Of a stretch of 64,000 nucleotides of DNA, positions 18,694 to 29,334 are shown piece after piece. The stretch lies in the NCBI GenBank assembly GCA_963851265.1, contig CAWKNZ010000008.1:249007-313006 (forward strand). Reading direction: 5' to 3'. The translations under genes and the position numbers were made by a program. The notes under the pieces were generated by a model. It was not told the DNA's origin. It was given only the letters and a program-made list of their open reading frames with translations, and made no database searches. Position 1 is the stretch's first letter, and each line of letters starts with the position of its first letter. The DNA comes from an uncultured Gemmatimonadales bacterium. GTDB taxonomy: Bacteria > Gemmatimonadota > Gemmatimonadetes > Gemmatimonadales > Gemmatimonadaceae.

Positions 18694-19710
18694 ATGGAAC
18701 GCCCGGACTCACAGGCGCTCTCGCGCCGCCAGGTCGTCGGCGGAATCGCCGCCGGCGTTGCCGCCGCGATCGTCGCCCCGGCCGCCGCGCCCGCTGCCGC
18801 GAACGCCGCCGCGCCCACGGGCGAGGCACCGCCGGTGTCCAACCCGATCACGCAGTATCCCCAGCCGCCGTTCCCGGCGCAGTCGCAGCCGTGGCCCGGG
18901 CTCGCGGGGCAGATGAACCCGAAGCCCGACCACGGCGAGACGAGCTACAAGGGCTCGGGGCGCCTCGCCGGTCGCCGGGCGCTCGTCACGGGTGGCGACT
19001 CGGGGATCGGCCGCGCGGCCGCGATCGCCTTCGCCCGCGAGGGGGCGGACGTCGCGATCAACTACCTGCCCGCCGAGGAGCCCGACGCGCGTGAGGTCGT
19101 GCAGCTCATCCGCGCCGCGGGGCGCAAGGCGGTCGCGATCCCGGGCGACATCCGCACCGAAGCCTTCTGCACCCAGCTCGTCGCCGACGCCGTGCGCCAG
19201 CTCGGCGGCCTCGATCTGCTGGTCAACGTCGCCGGCCGTCAGCAGCAGCGGCAGAAGATCGCCGAGCTCACCACCGACGACTTCGACGCGACGCTCAAGA
19301 CCAACGCGTACGCGCTGTTCTGGATCACCAAGGCCGCGCTCCCGCACATGGGGCCGGGCTCGTCCATCATCAACACCACCTCCGAGCAGGCGTTCAACCC
19401 GTCGCCCAACCTGCTCGACTACGCGCCCACCAAGGCGTTCATCGCCACGTTCACCAAGGCGCTGGCGAAGCAGGTGGTGAAGCAGGGCGTGCGCGTGAAC
19501 GCCGTGGCGCCGGGGCCGTACTGGACGCCCCTACAGGTCTCGGGGGGGCAGTCGCCCGAGAAGCTGCCGGAGTTCGGGGCCGACACGCCATACGGGCGCC
19601 CGGGGCAGCCGGCCGAAATCGCCCCCCTCTACGTGCACCTGGCCGCGGGCGAGGCGAGCTACGCGACGGGGCAGGTGATGGGCGAGTCGGCGGGCCACGG
19701 GATGCCCTGA
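18694..19710 (+). CDS. SDR oxidoreductase (YghA-like) with a twin-arginine-like N-terminal leader
   Basis: AGGAG RBS; PDHGETSYKGSGRL, TGGDSGIG, YAPTK; N-terminal SRRQVVGGIAAG. Confidence 0.9.
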   Translation: MERPDSQALSRRQVVGGIAAGVAAAIVAPAAAPAAANAAAPTGEAPPVSNPITQYPQPPFPAQSQPWPGLAGQMNPKPDHGETSYKGSGRLAGRRALVTGGDSGIGRAAAIAFAREGADVAINYLPAEEPDAREVVQLIRAAGRKAVAIPGDIRTEAFCTQLVADAVRQLGGLDLLVNVAGRQQQRQKIAELTTDDFDATLKTNAYALFWITKAALPHMGPGSSIINTTSEQAFNPSPNLLDYAPTKAFIATFTKALAKQVVKQGVRVNAVAPGPYWTPLQVSGGQSPEKLPEFGADTPYGRPGQPAEIAPLYVHLAAGEASYATGQVMGESAGHGMP

Positions 19711-19800
19711 CCGGCGTGCGGGCCGGAGTTGTCGGCGCGCGCGCCGGCGCGCTGACGCGCGCGGCCGTGTGCCCATCCGACGCCTCGCGCGTCGGATGGA

Positions 19801-20463
19801 GTGCCCGCCGCCCGCCTCCCCTTCTGCCCGCGCGTCTGCCCGCGCGCGCGCGTCGCCGCGGGGCTGGCCGTGTTGTGGTTGGCCGGCGGATGTGCGTGGG
19901 GTCGCAGCCGCGGCGACGTCGCGGGGGGGGCGCCCACGACGACGCCACTGGCGCCGGTGTTCCGCGCCGACGGGCGCGCGGTGATGCACTGGCCGTCGCG
20001 CGTGCGTCGGCCGCTCACCGTGTGGGTGGCCGACCCGGCCTCCCACCCCGACGGGCGCGGCGACGACCGCACCGTCGTCATGGACGCGCTCGCGGCGTGG
20101 GGTGACGTTGGACTCCCGATCCGCTTCGCGCTCGTCGCCGACTCCGTACGGGCCGACGTCACGGTCGGGTGGACCGACCACCTCGCCCCGCCGCTCACCG
20201 GCAGCACCGCGTGGCGATGGGATTCCCGGGGCTGGGTGACGCACGCGCACGTCACCCTCGCCCGCCGCCACGCGGACCGCACGCGCGTGGAGGGTGCCGA
20301 GCTGCGCGCGATCGCCCTCCACGAACTCGGCCACGCCCTCGGCCTCGGTCACGCCGCCGACAGCGCCAGCGTCATGGCACCGTTCGTCGTCGCGCGCGAC
20401 CTCACGGACGCCGACGCGCGCGCGGCCCGGATGCTCTACACGCTCCCGCCCGGCCGGCGCTGA
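19801..20463 (+). CDS. Matrixin/metzincin zinc metalloprotease
   Basis: HELGHALGLGH plus Met-turn SVMAP; possible lipobox LAGGC. Confidence 0.8.
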   Translation: MPAARLPFCPRVCPRARVAAGLAVLWLAGGCAWGRSRGDVAGGAPTTTPLAPVFRADGRAVMHWPSRVRRPLTVWVADPASHPDGRGDDRTVVMDALAAWGDVGLPIRFALVADSVRADVTVGWTDHLAPPLTGSTAWRWDSRGWVTHAHVTLARRHADRTRVEGAELRAIALHELGHALGLGHAADSASVMAPFVVARDLTDADARAARMLYTLPPGRR

Positions 20464-20540
20464 GACGCCCGCGGCGTCGCGACGTCAGTCGACCGGGACG
20501 GCCGACCGGGACGGCGCGCGGCGACTGACGCGGCGAGCGC

Positions 20541-22661
20541 CTAACGGCCGACCCCGGCGCCCGCGAACGCGGACGCGGACGCGCCCACCAGCACGGCCTC
20601 GACCTCGTCGGGTGCGAGTGGGGCGGCGAAGTGGAAGCCCTGGCCGAGCGTGCACCCCATGTCCTCGAGCTGCGCGGCCTGTTCGGCGTTCTCGACCCCC
20701 TCGGCCACGGTGCGCAGCCCGAGGGCGGCGCCGAGCGCGACGATCGCGGCCGCGAGCGCGGCCGGCTGCCCGCCCTCCGCGACCCGCTCGACGAAGCTCT
20801 TGTCGACCTTGAGGACGTCGATCGGGAACTGCCGCAGATAGCTCAGCGCGGAGTAGCCCGTGCCGAAGTCGTCGATCGCCAGCCGGACGCCGAGTGTCTT
20901 CAGCGACTCGAGCCGGCGCCGCACGGCGTCGGGGTGGTGGATCACCGTCGTCTCGGTCAGTTCGAGGACGAGGTGCTCCGGCGCGAGACCGCTCGTCGCG
21001 AGCGCGGCCTCGACCTCGGCGACGAATTCGGTACGGGCGAGCTGCCGGCCCGAGACGTTGACCGCGACGGTGAACGGGGCGGCGGGTCGGCCCGCGGACG
21101 CGCGCGCGCGCTGCCACGCGACCGCCTGACGGCAGGCCTCGTCCAGCACCCAGCGGCCGATGGGCACGATGAGCCCGGTCTCCTCGGCCACGGGCACGAA
21201 CTCCGACGGCTGCACGAGCCCCCGCACCGGGTGGGCCCACCGCACCAGGGCTTCGACGCCCGTCACGTCACCGTCCACCATCGAGACGATTGGCTGATAC
21301 ATCAGGGTCAACTCACCCCGGTCGAGTGCGTCGCGGAGCTCGGCTTCGACCGCGAGGCGCCCGACGAACGTCTCGTGCATCTCGGGTGCGAACATCACCG
21401 CGCGCCCCTTGCCCGCGTCCTTCGCCGCGTAGAGCGCGAGGTCCGCGTCACGGAGCAACGCGTCGACGGGTCCGTCGCTCTTGAGCGCCGCGCCGTCGAA
21501 GTCTTCACCGTTACTACCGCCGCGGGCGATGCCGATGCTCGCGCCGACGCGTGCGTGGCTGCCGTCGACCTCGATCGGGCGCTGCACCGCGGCGATCACG
21601 CGGTCCGCCACGACCAGCGCGTCGGCGTCGCCGCGCACGTTGCTGAGCAGGACGCCGAACTCGTCGCCGCCGAGGCGCGCGACCAGGTCGCATCCGCGGG
21701 TGGCGCTGAGCAGTCGACGCGCGACCTCGACGAGCAGCGCGTCGCCCGCCGCGTGGCCGGCCGTGTCGTTCACGAGCTTGAAGCCGTCGAGGTCGATGAG
21801 CATCACGGCCACGCTCGCCGGGCCGTGTGCGGCGTCCGAATCGCCCGTCCCGCTCGACACGGCCGCGGCGAGGGCGACGTCGGTGCGCTCGCGGAAGCGG
21901 GCGCGGTTGGCGAGCCGGGTCAACGGGTCGTGGTAGGCCCGGAAGTGCAGCTCGTCCTGCAGCTCGCGGTGGTGCGTGACGTCCTGCACGAGTCCGACGA
22001 GGGCGCGACTCTGCGAGCCGGCGCCCTTCCCACGCGGCCCGCCGAGGCGCGAGACGGTCATCTCGCAGCGGCGGAGCGCGCCGTCGCGGCGCCGAAAGCG
22101 TTGCTCGACGGTGACTCGCTCGCCACCGCCGATGGCCTGGGCCAGTGCGGGCAGCTCGTCCACCGCGCGCGCGTCCTGCGGCGGCGCGAAATCGCTCGTC
22201 CGCATCGCCCGCAGCTCGTCGAGCGAATAGCGGACGATCTGCTGGAACGCGGGGTTGGCATCCTCGATCCGCCCGTCGTCACCCTGCACGACGATGCCCA
22301 CCGCGGCGTGCTCGAAGATCGTGCGCAGGCGCGCCTCGCTCACGGCGAGGCGGGCCCGCGCGCGGGCGAACAACAGCGTCAACGCGAGCACGACGGCCAA
22401 CAGAATTCCGGTACGTCCGCCGTCACGCTGCAACTCGGTGAGCACCGCGCCCGGCAGTGCGGTGGTCACGTGTGCGCTGCTTGCCTGCGCGGTGGTCGCC
22501 TGCGCGGCTGTGGCCGCGGTGTCGGCCCCGCGGCCCCCGTCCGACACTGCCCGTTCACTCGGCGCGTGGGTGGCGGTGCGCAGTCGGCCCGATCGGGCGT
22601 GGTGCGTTCGCGCGCGCGCCGGCGGTGCGTCGGGGTCGGTGTATGTACGCTCGTCGATCAC
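20541..22661 (-). CDS. PAS-GGDEF-EAL diguanylate cyclase/phosphodiesterase
   Basis: One [38 protein letters not shown]. Start uncertain. Confidence 0.88.
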   Translation of the reverse strand: MIDERTYTDPDAPPARARTHHARSGRLRTATHAPSERAVSDGGRGADTAATAAQATTAQASSAHVTTALPGAVLTELQRDGGRTGILLAVVLALTLLFARARARLAVSEARLRTIFEHAAVGIVVQGDDGRIEDANPAFQQIVRYSLDELRAMRTSDFAPPQDARAVDELPALAQAIGGGERVTVEQRFRRRDGALRRCEMTVSRLGGPRGKGAGSQSRALVGLVQDVTHHRELQDELHFRAYHDPLTRLANRARFRERTDVALAAAVSSGTGDSDAAHGPASVAVMLIDLDGFKLVNDTAGHAAGDALLVEVARRLLSATRGCDLVARLGGDEFGVLLSNVRGDADALVVADRVIAAVQRPIEVDGSHARVGASIGIARGGSNGEDFDGAALKSDGPVDALLRDADLALYAAKDAGKGRAVMFAPEMHETFVGRLAVEAELRDALDRGELTLMYQPIVSMVDGDVTGVEALVRWAHPVRGLVQPSEFVPVAEETGLIVPIGRWVLDEACRQAVAWQRARASAGRPAAPFTVAVNVSGRQLARTEFVAEVEAALATSGLAPEHLVLELTETTVIHHPDAVRRRLESLKTLGVRLAIDDFGTGYSALSYLRQFPIDVLKVDKSFVERVAEGGQPAALAAAIVALGAALGLRTVAEGVENAEQAAQLEDMGCTLGQGFHFAAPLAPDEVEAVLVGASASAFAGAGVGR

Positions 22662-22944
22662 GGCCGACACTTCGGAGGGCGGGGAGTCAGGTGGGGGCTC
22701 GTCGGCGTGATGCGAGACGCACCCACGCTCGCCCGAGTCTCGGTCGCTGGCGGGCGGGGCCGCAGGTCGGATCTGACCGGGAGGTCGGGCGGCCGGAGAC
22801 TCGCCGGGGCCGCGCGGCCGTGGTCCCTTGTTTGGCCGCACGTTCGGGCCTAGTGTGGGCTCGCTCCGACCGGCCGTCCCCCTGGCGGCCGCGCGGTCGT
22901 GGCACCGGCGGATCGCTGCCGCCTTCCCCTCCTCGAAAGGCACG

Positions 22945-24147
22945 ATGCGGGCGCACGCCGTCACCATGCTCGGCACCGGGCTGATCGGCCGTTTCTACAC
23001 GATGGCGCTGCACGCGCAGCGTGGCCGGGACCGCGTCGGCGTGGCCTACTCGCGCGACGCGGACCGCGCGCGCGCCTTCGCCGAGCGGTGGGACGTGCCC
23101 CGCCACACCACCGACCTCCGGGCGGCGGTCGAGGACCCGTCGACCGACGCGGTCGTGATCGGACTGCCTAACAACCTGCACGAGGAGGCGGTCGCGCTCG
23201 CCGCGCGCGCGGGCAAGGCGGTGCTCTGCACGAAGCCGCTCGGGCGGACGGCGGCGGAGGCGCGGCGGATGCTCGAGACGGTCGAGCGCGCGGGCGTCTT
23301 CCACGGCTACCTGGAGGACCTCGTTTACACGCCGAAGCTGCTCAAGGCGGTCGACGCCGTGCGGGGCGGGGCGGTGGGCGACGTGCTCTGGGTGCGCTCG
23401 CGCGAGGCGCACCCGGGGCCGCACAGCGCGTGGTTCTGGTCGCCGGAGGAGGCCGGGGGCGGGGCGCTGACCGACATCGGGTGCCACTGCGCCGAGATCA
23501 TCCGCACCTTCGTCGGGAAGGGAAACCGCCCCGTCGAGGTGATGTGCTGGACCGACACGCTCGTGCACCCGATCGACGCCGAAGACCACGCGATCGCGCT
23601 CATCCGGTTCGAGAGCGGGGCGATGGGGCAGATCGAGGCGAGTTGGGCGTTCCGCGGCGGGATGGACCTGCGCGACGAGGTGGCGGGGACGGCGGGGACC
23701 ATCTTCCTCAATCACTGGTTGCGCACCGGGTTCGAGATGTTCACGGCCGGCGGCGGCGGCGGGTACGTCGCCGAAAAGCTCGAGTCGGAAAGCGGGTGGC
23801 TCTTCCCGGTCGGCGACGAGGTCCACGAGCTCGGCTACATCCACATGTTCGCCGACATGTTCGGGGCGATGGACGCGGGGCGCGCCCCGGCGGAGGACTT
23901 CTACGACGGCTACGTCGTGAACGCGGTGATCGACGCGTGCTACGCCTCGGCGCGCTCCAGACGGTGGGAGCCCGTGCAACTCGATGTCTGGCGGGCGCCG
24001 GGTCCGGCGCCGCGGGTGCGGGCGGAGGCCCGGACGGTCGACGGCCAGGTGCTGATCAAGGCGGAGCGGATGCCGGACGGCACGCTGAAGCGGATCCTCC
24101 GCGACCCGTCGACGGGCGCGATCACGGAGTCGACCGCAGACGCCTGA
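22945..24147 (+). CDS. Gfo/Idh/MocA family oxidoreductase
   Basis: Rossmann [27 protein letters not shown]. Confidence 0.9.
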   Translation: MRAHAVTMLGTGLIGRFYTMALHAQRGRDRVGVAYSRDADRARAFAERWDVPRHTTDLRAAVEDPSTDAVVIGLPNNLHEEAVALAARAGKAVLCTKPLGRTAAEARRMLETVERAGVFHGYLEDLVYTPKLLKAVDAVRGGAVGDVLWVRSREAHPGPHSAWFWSPEEAGGGALTDIGCHCAEIIRTFVGKGNRPVEVMCWTDTLVHPIDAEDHAIALIRFESGAMGQIEASWAFRGGMDLRDEVAGTAGTIFLNHWLRTGFEMFTAGGGGGYVAEKLESESGWLFPVGDEVHELGYIHMFADMFGAMDAGRAPAEDFYDGYVVNAVIDACYASARSRRWEPVQLDVWRAPGPAPRVRAEARTVDGQVLIKAERMPDGTLKRILRDPSTGAITESTADA

Positions 24148-24185
24148 CGGTGAGCGTCTGACGGTGAGCGTCTGACCGTGAGTGC
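24144..24185 (+). repeat. 14-bp tandem repeat CTGACGGTGAGCGT (2 exact + 1 degenerate copy) starting at a stop codon
   Basis: Read directly from the sequence. Confidence 0.85.
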
Positions 24186-24225
24186 CTCGCGCGGGCCGGC
24201 CGGCGACCCGCCTTCCGTTCGCCGC

Positions 24226-27183
24226 ATGCCCCTCGCGTCGGTTCGCGGGCTGAGCCGGGCGGCCCGCGCGCTCGCCTTCGTGTTCGCCCACGTGTGCGCC
24301 GCCTGCGCCGTCCTTCCGGCCGCGGCGGCTGCGCAACCGGGCGAGGTGCGGCGTGTGCCGGGGGGCATCGTGCTCGGCCTCGCGCGGGGCGCGCTGCGGG
24401 TGACGTTCCACGCGCCCGACGTCGTGCACGTGACGCTCGCGCCGACGGGCAGCTTCTCCGCGCGCCCGAGCCTCGTCGTGCTACCCGCGACGGCGCCCGT
24501 CACGCCCGCGGTGGACGAGGGAACGGACGTCGTGGTCGTGCGCACCGGCGTCGCGCTCGTGCGCGTGTGGCGCGCGACGGGCGCGCTCGCGATCGAGGAC
24601 GGGGCCGGGCGCGTGCTCGTCCGGGCTGCGGCACCCGGATCCGACGCCTTCACCCCCGCGCGCGACACCGGCGCGACCGCGGACGGGCCGGCGTGGGCGG
24701 TCCGCCAGCGGTTCGTGCTCACGCGCGACGAAGGGCTCTACGGTCTGGGTCAGTACCAGGACGGGGTCATGAACTACCGCGGCGAGGAGGTGCTCGTCGC
24801 GCAGGCGAACACGAGCGCCGCGATCCCATTTCTGCTGTCGACCCGGGGCTACGGCGTGCTCTGGGACAACTACAGCCGGACCGTGTTCGACGACGCGCCC
24901 GCGGCCCCGCCATCGGCCGCGCCCGCCGCGGCCCCCGACACTGCCTCGCTGTCGTCGGACGTCGCCGACGGCATTGACTACTACGTGGTCGCGGCCCGGC
25001 ACCCCGACGACGCGGTCGCGGGCTTCCGCCGGCTCACGGGCGCGGCGCCGATGTACCCGCGCTGGGCGTACGGGTACTGGCAGAGCAAGGAGCACTACGA
25101 CAGCCAGCGGGAGCTGTTAGGCGTGGCCGCCGAGTACCGGCGGCGGCGCGTCCCGGTCGACGCCATCGTGCAGGACTGGAGTTACTGGCCGGGGCCCGAC
25201 CGGTTCAGCGGCATGGTCTGGGACCCGGCGCGCTACCCGGACCCGGCCGCGATGGCGCGCCAGCTCCACGCCGAGCACTTCCACTTCATGGCCGTCATCT
25301 GGCCAGCGCTCGGCGACAGCACCGCCGTCTATCGCGACATGGCCGCGCGCGGCTTCCTCTACCCGCGCCCGCACTGGGCGCCCGCGCGCGTGTACGACGC
25401 GTACGACCCGCGGGCGCGCGACCTGTACTGGACGTACGCGAAGCGCGGCGTGTGGGACGTCGGGATCGACGCGTGGTGGATGGACGCGACCGAGCCCGAG
25501 TTCCGCTCGACCGACGACCGATACGTCACGGCGCGCTCGACGCTGGCGAACGGGCGCAACGCGTTGGGCACGTTCGCGCGCTACCTGAACCCCTACTCGC
25601 TGCTCACCACGCGCGGGATCTACGAGCACCAGCGCGCGCTCACGGAGGCGAAGCGCGTCGTCATCCTCACGCGCTCGGCGTTCGCCGGGCAGCAGCGGTA
25701 CGCGACGACGCTCTGGTCGGGAGACATCTGGTCGAGTTGGGGGGTGTTCCGCAACCAGATCCCCGCGGGGCTGAACGCCGGGATGGCGGGGCTGCCGTAC
25801 TGGACGACGGACGTCGGCGGCTTCATCTCGAGCCACCGATTCCCGGGCGGCGTCGCCGACCCGGCCTTCCGCGAGTTGTACGTGCGCTGGTTCCAGTTCG
25901 GAGCGTTCTGTCCCATTTTCCGCGCGCACGGCTCGAACACGCCGCGCGAGGTGTGGCAGTTCGGCGGGCCCGGCGACTGGGCCTACGACGCGCTCGTCGC
26001 GGCCGACAGCCTGCGGTACCGGCTGCTGCCGTACGTGTACTCGCTCGCGCACGGAGTGCGCGAGGGCGGGACGATGATGCGCGCCCTGCCGCTCGCGTTT
26101 CCGGACGACCGGCGCGGCTACGGCGTGGGGGGAGCGTTCATGTTCGGCCCGGCGCTCCTCGTGAGTCCTGTGACGCGGCCGATGCGGTACCCGCCCGCGC
26201 GGGCGCAGGAGTGGATCCCCGCGCGCGACCTCTACGCGCCCGACGGCCGGACGCGCGGCATGCGCCTCGACTTCGTACGCGGCGCGGGGCGCGACCCGTT
26301 CGTCCGCGACTCGCTCGTCGCGACGCGACCGGCCGAGGTGTTCAACCTGACGTGGGCGGGGGCGCTGCCCGAGTCGCTCGCCGCGAGTCCGTACAGCGCG
26401 CGCTACACCGGCGTGTTGCGGGCGGAGGAGGGCGGGGGGTACGAGTTCGTGCTCACTACCGACGGCGGCGTGCGGCTCTGGCTCGGCGACTCGCTGGTGG
26501 TGGATCGGTGGGACAACCGCGACACGCTCGAGGTGCGCCACGCGGTCCGCCTGGGTGCGGGGAGCGCGCACGCGCTGCGGCTCGAGTACCGGGAGGCGCG
26601 GCCGGGCGCGGGCCGGCTCCTGCTGGAGTGGATCACGCCCTCGACCCGCGCGAGGCTGCGCCCCGACCCGAACTGGGCGACGTACCTGCCGGCGGGGGCA
26701 GACGAGGGTGTGGCCCGGCCGGGCGGGACGAGGGGCGGCTGGTACGACTTCTGGACGGGCGAGCGGCTGGCGGCCGGGCGCGTGGCAGTGCGCCCCGCGC
26801 CGATCGCGCGCGTGCCACTGTACGTGCGTGCCGGCTCGGTGGTGCCGATGGGTCCCGCGCTCCAGTACGCCGACGAGCGCGCGGCAGACCCGATCGAGTT
26901 GCGCGTGTATCCGGGCGCGGACGGCGCGTTCACGCTCTACGAGGACGAGGGCGACTCGTACCGCTACGAGCGCGGCGTGTCGGCGACGATCCCGATCGCG
27001 TGGAACGACGCGGCCGGAACGCTCACCATCGGCCCGCGCGCCGGGCGGTTTCCGGGCATGCTCGAGCGGCGGACGGTGCGGGTGGTGTTCGTGCGCCCGG
27101 GGCACGGCGTCGGGCTGCCGGAGGCGACGGTCGCGGACCGGGTCGTGACGTTCGACGGGCGCGCGGTGGTGGTACGGCGCTGA
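24226..27183 (+). CDS. Glycoside hydrolase family 31 (alpha-xylosidase-like) with PA14 insertion
   Basis: Signal peptide; GYWQSKEHY, WWMDATEP (nucleophile), WSGDI (acid/base), RWFQFGAFCPIFRAHG; PA14-like TDGGVRLWLGD; C-terminal YEDEGDSYRYERG. Confidence 0.92.
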   Translation: MPLASVRGLSRAARALAFVFAHVCAACAVLPAAAAAQPGEVRRVPGGIVLGLARGALRVTFHAPDVVHVTLAPTGSFSARPSLVVLPATAPVTPAVDEGTDVVVVRTGVALVRVWRATGALAIEDGAGRVLVRAAAPGSDAFTPARDTGATADGPAWAVRQRFVLTRDEGLYGLGQYQDGVMNYRGEEVLVAQANTSAAIPFLLSTRGYGVLWDNYSRTVFDDAPAAPPSAAPAAAPDTASLSSDVADGIDYYVVAARHPDDAVAGFRRLTGAAPMYPRWAYGYWQSKEHYDSQRELLGVAAEYRRRRVPVDAIVQDWSYWPGPDRFSGMVWDPARYPDPAAMARQLHAEHFHFMAVIWPALGDSTAVYRDMAARGFLYPRPHWAPARVYDAYDPRARDLYWTYAKRGVWDVGIDAWWMDATEPEFRSTDDRYVTARSTLANGRNALGTFARYLNPYSLLTTRGIYEHQRALTEAKRVVILTRSAFAGQQRYATTLWSGDIWSSWGVFRNQIPAGLNAGMAGLPYWTTDVGGFISSHRFPGGVADPAFRELYVRWFQFGAFCPIFRAHGSNTPREVWQFGGPGDWAYDALVAADSLRYRLLPYVYSLAHGVREGGTMMRALPLAFPDDRRGYGVGGAFMFGPALLVSPVTRPMRYPPARAQEWIPARDLYAPDGRTRGMRLDFVRGAGRDPFVRDSLVATRPAEVFNLTWAGALPESLAASPYSARYTGVLRAEEGGGYEFVLTTDGGVRLWLGDSLVVDRWDNRDTLEVRHAVRLGAGSAHALRLEYREARPGAGRLLLEWITPSTRARLRPDPNWATYLPAGADEGVARPGGTRGGWYDFWTGERLAAGRVAVRPAPIARVPLYVRAGSVVPMGPALQYADERAADPIELRVYPGADGAFTLYEDEGDSYRYERGVSATIPIAWNDAAGTLTIGPRAGRFPGMLERRTVRVVFVRPGHGVGLPEATVADRVVTFDGRAVVVRR

Positions 27184-27425
27184 CGCGGGGCGGGGACGTG
27201 CCGTGCGTCCGACGCGTCTGGGCCGTCGTGCCGAAGCCACCGACGGACGGGGTGCTGAACCGACGACGGCGTGGTACGTTGGCCCCGCTGCTCGTGCCAC
27301 CCGCCGCCGCGTGCTCGGGTCATCGATTCGCGGGCGTGTCGTGGAGGCGGACGACCGTGACGACCTCGCCGGCCCAATGTGCTGGCGTGCGGCTCCCCCC
27401 GGTTCACGTGAACGGGAGAGGTCGA

Positions 27426-27710
27426 ATGGCAGTCGACGTCGAGTCAGCGTGCCCGGCGGACCTGCCCGTGCTCGTGGGCCTCATGCAGGCGTTTTACGCG
27501 GAGGCGGGCTTCTCGCTGGCGCCCGCCCCGGCGGCCGCCGCGTTCGCGGCGCTGCAGGCCGACCCGCGACTCCGCGGGCGGACGCGGTGCGGCGTGGCGT
27601 GCGTGCGCTGCACGTCGAGGTCGGGCCGGACAACCGGACGGCGCGTCGCCTGTACGCGCGCGCCGGCTACGCCGACAGCGGACACCTGCTGTTGTCGCTC
27701 CCCTCGCCGC
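27426..27710 (+). pseudogene. GNAT acetyltransferase remnant with internal deletion and frame change
   Basis: N-terminus ADLPVLVGLMQAFYAE...DPRL in one frame; C-terminus RGVRALHVEVGPDNRTARRLYARAGY in another; central acetyl-CoA motif A absent. Confidence 0.7.
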
Positions 27711-27786
27711 CCCGGTGCACGACGCCTAACGCATGGTCGTGGCCGGCGCGGCAGCGGACCACCGCTCCGCGCTCGCCGCCCGCACG

Positions 27787-28509
27787 TCAGACGGGGTTCG
27801 TCGTGAGCAGGGCGACGTCGCGCACGAACACGCGAGGCGGCAGTTGCAGCACACCCATCACGAGGGCGGCGACGTCCTCCGCCTGCATCATGCGCTCGGC
27901 GGGGCCGATCTTGAGCCCGACGCCGGCGGCCAGCTCGGTGTTCACGGTGCTGGGCAGCAGGGCCGTGACGCGGACGTCGTGCTTGCGCACTTCGGCAGCG
28001 AGCGACTCGGTGAGGCGGAGCATGGCGGCTTTCGAGGCGGCGTAGGCCGCCGTCGTCGCCGCGCCTTTCTCGCCGGCCGTCGACGCGACGTTGACGATGT
28101 CGCCGCGCCGGCGCGCGATCATGCCCGGGAGCACGGCGCGGGTCGCGTGCAGCGTGCCGAGCACGTTCACCTGGTAGATGCGCTCCCAGACCTCGGGCTC
28201 CATGTCGAGCACGGTGCCGAACTCCGCGATGCCCGCGTTGTTGACGAGCACGTCGACGCCGCCGAGCTCCGCCTCGATCTGCGCGATGGCTCCCTCGACG
28301 GCCGCGCGGTCGGCGACGTCGGCCGTCACGGCGCGCACGCGCGCGTCCGGTATGAGGTCGCGCAGTTCGGCGACCACCTGCTCCAGTTGCGTCGTGGTGC
28401 GCGCCACGAGTCCGACGCTTGCGCCGGCGCGCGCCAGCGCGTGCGCCACCGCGCGCCCGATACCCTTGCCTGCGCCGGTGACCAGCGCGGTCGTCCCCTG
28501 CAGTGCCAT
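27787..28509 (-). CDS. SDR oxidoreductase (3-ketoacyl-ACP reductase-like)
   Basis: TGAGKGIG, NNAG, YAASK; GAGGAG RBS. Confidence 0.92.
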   Translation of the reverse strand: MALQGTTALVTGAGKGIGRAVAHALARAGASVGLVARTTTQLEQVVAELRDLIPDARVRAVTADVADRAAVEGAIAQIEAELGGVDVLVNNAGIAEFGTVLDMEPEVWERIYQVNVLGTLHATRAVLPGMIARRRGDIVNVASTAGEKGAATTAAYAASKAAMLRLTESLAAEVRKHDVRVTALLPSTVNTELAAGVGLKIGPAERMMQAEDVAALVMGVLQLPPRVFVRDVALLTTNPV

Positions 28510-28615
28510 GTCGTGCCGCTCCTCGCCAAGTCCGCTCGGTTCGCCAACTCGATCCTCGGAGCGGGAGACGCGCAACGGCGGTGCCGCCGCGTCGGTAGCT
28601 GGCCTGACGACGCGC

Positions 28616-28633
28616 CTACCTACGCGTAGATTG
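28616..28633. promoter_or_regulatory. Putative TetR operator 1, overlapping the tetR -10 box
   Basis: CTACCTACGCGTAGATTG, similar to the site at 29335. Confidence 0.55.
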
Positions 28634-28638
28634 TCTGT

Positions 28639-29298
28639 ATGGACTCGATTGATACGGTGACGGCGGTGCTCGATGCCGCCCAGGAGCTCGCGCAGACCCG
28701 GGGCTACAACGCGTTCAGCTATCGGGACCTCGCCGCGCGCGTCGGCATCACGACCGCCAGCATCCACTACCACTTTCCGACGAAGGCGGACCTCGGCGTC
28801 GCGCTCCTCGCGCGCTACTGCGCGTTCGTGCGCGACGCGGTGGACCGCCTCGATCGGGGTGGCGGCGATGCGCGCGTGCGACTTCGCGGCTACGCCGCGC
28901 TGCTCGAGTCCGTGCTCGCTCCAGCCGGCGTCACCGACGACACGCTGCGCGCCGGCGGCGGCCGGATCTGCCTCGGCGGGATGCTGGCGAGCGACTACGC
29001 CACGCTGCCGGCCGAGGTGCAGCGCGCCGTGCGCGGGTTCGTGGATGAGAACGTGCGGTGGCTCGCGCGGGTGCTCGCGGAGGGACGCGACGCGGGCACG
29101 CTCGCCGTCGTCGGCGCCCCGGACGCGGCGGCCACGGCGCTCTTCTCGGCGCTTGAGGGTGCGATGCTGGTGGCGCGCACGGCGGGCGACATCGGACCGT
29201 ATCGCGCGGCCAGCGCGTGGCTGCTCGCGACGCTCAGTGCGCCCGCGGCCTCGCCGGACCTGGGCCCGGCCCGACCGGCCACGACGGTCGGCGCGTGA
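28639..29298 (+). CDS. TetR/AcrR family regulator (NemR-like)
   Basis: GYNAFSYRDLAARVGITTASIHYHFPTKADL; RICLGGMLA. Confidence 0.92.
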   Translation: MDSIDTVTAVLDAAQELAQTRGYNAFSYRDLAARVGITTASIHYHFPTKADLGVALLARYCAFVRDAVDRLDRGGGDARVRLRGYAALLESVLAPAGVTDDTLRAGGGRICLGGMLASDYATLPAEVQRAVRGFVDENVRWLARVLAEGRDAGTLAVVGAPDAAATALFSALEGAMLVARTAGDIGPYRAASAWLLATLSAPAASPDLGPARPATTVGA

Positions 29299-29334
29299 AT
29301 CCACGTGAGCGGCCGAACGAATTTACGGATGAAA

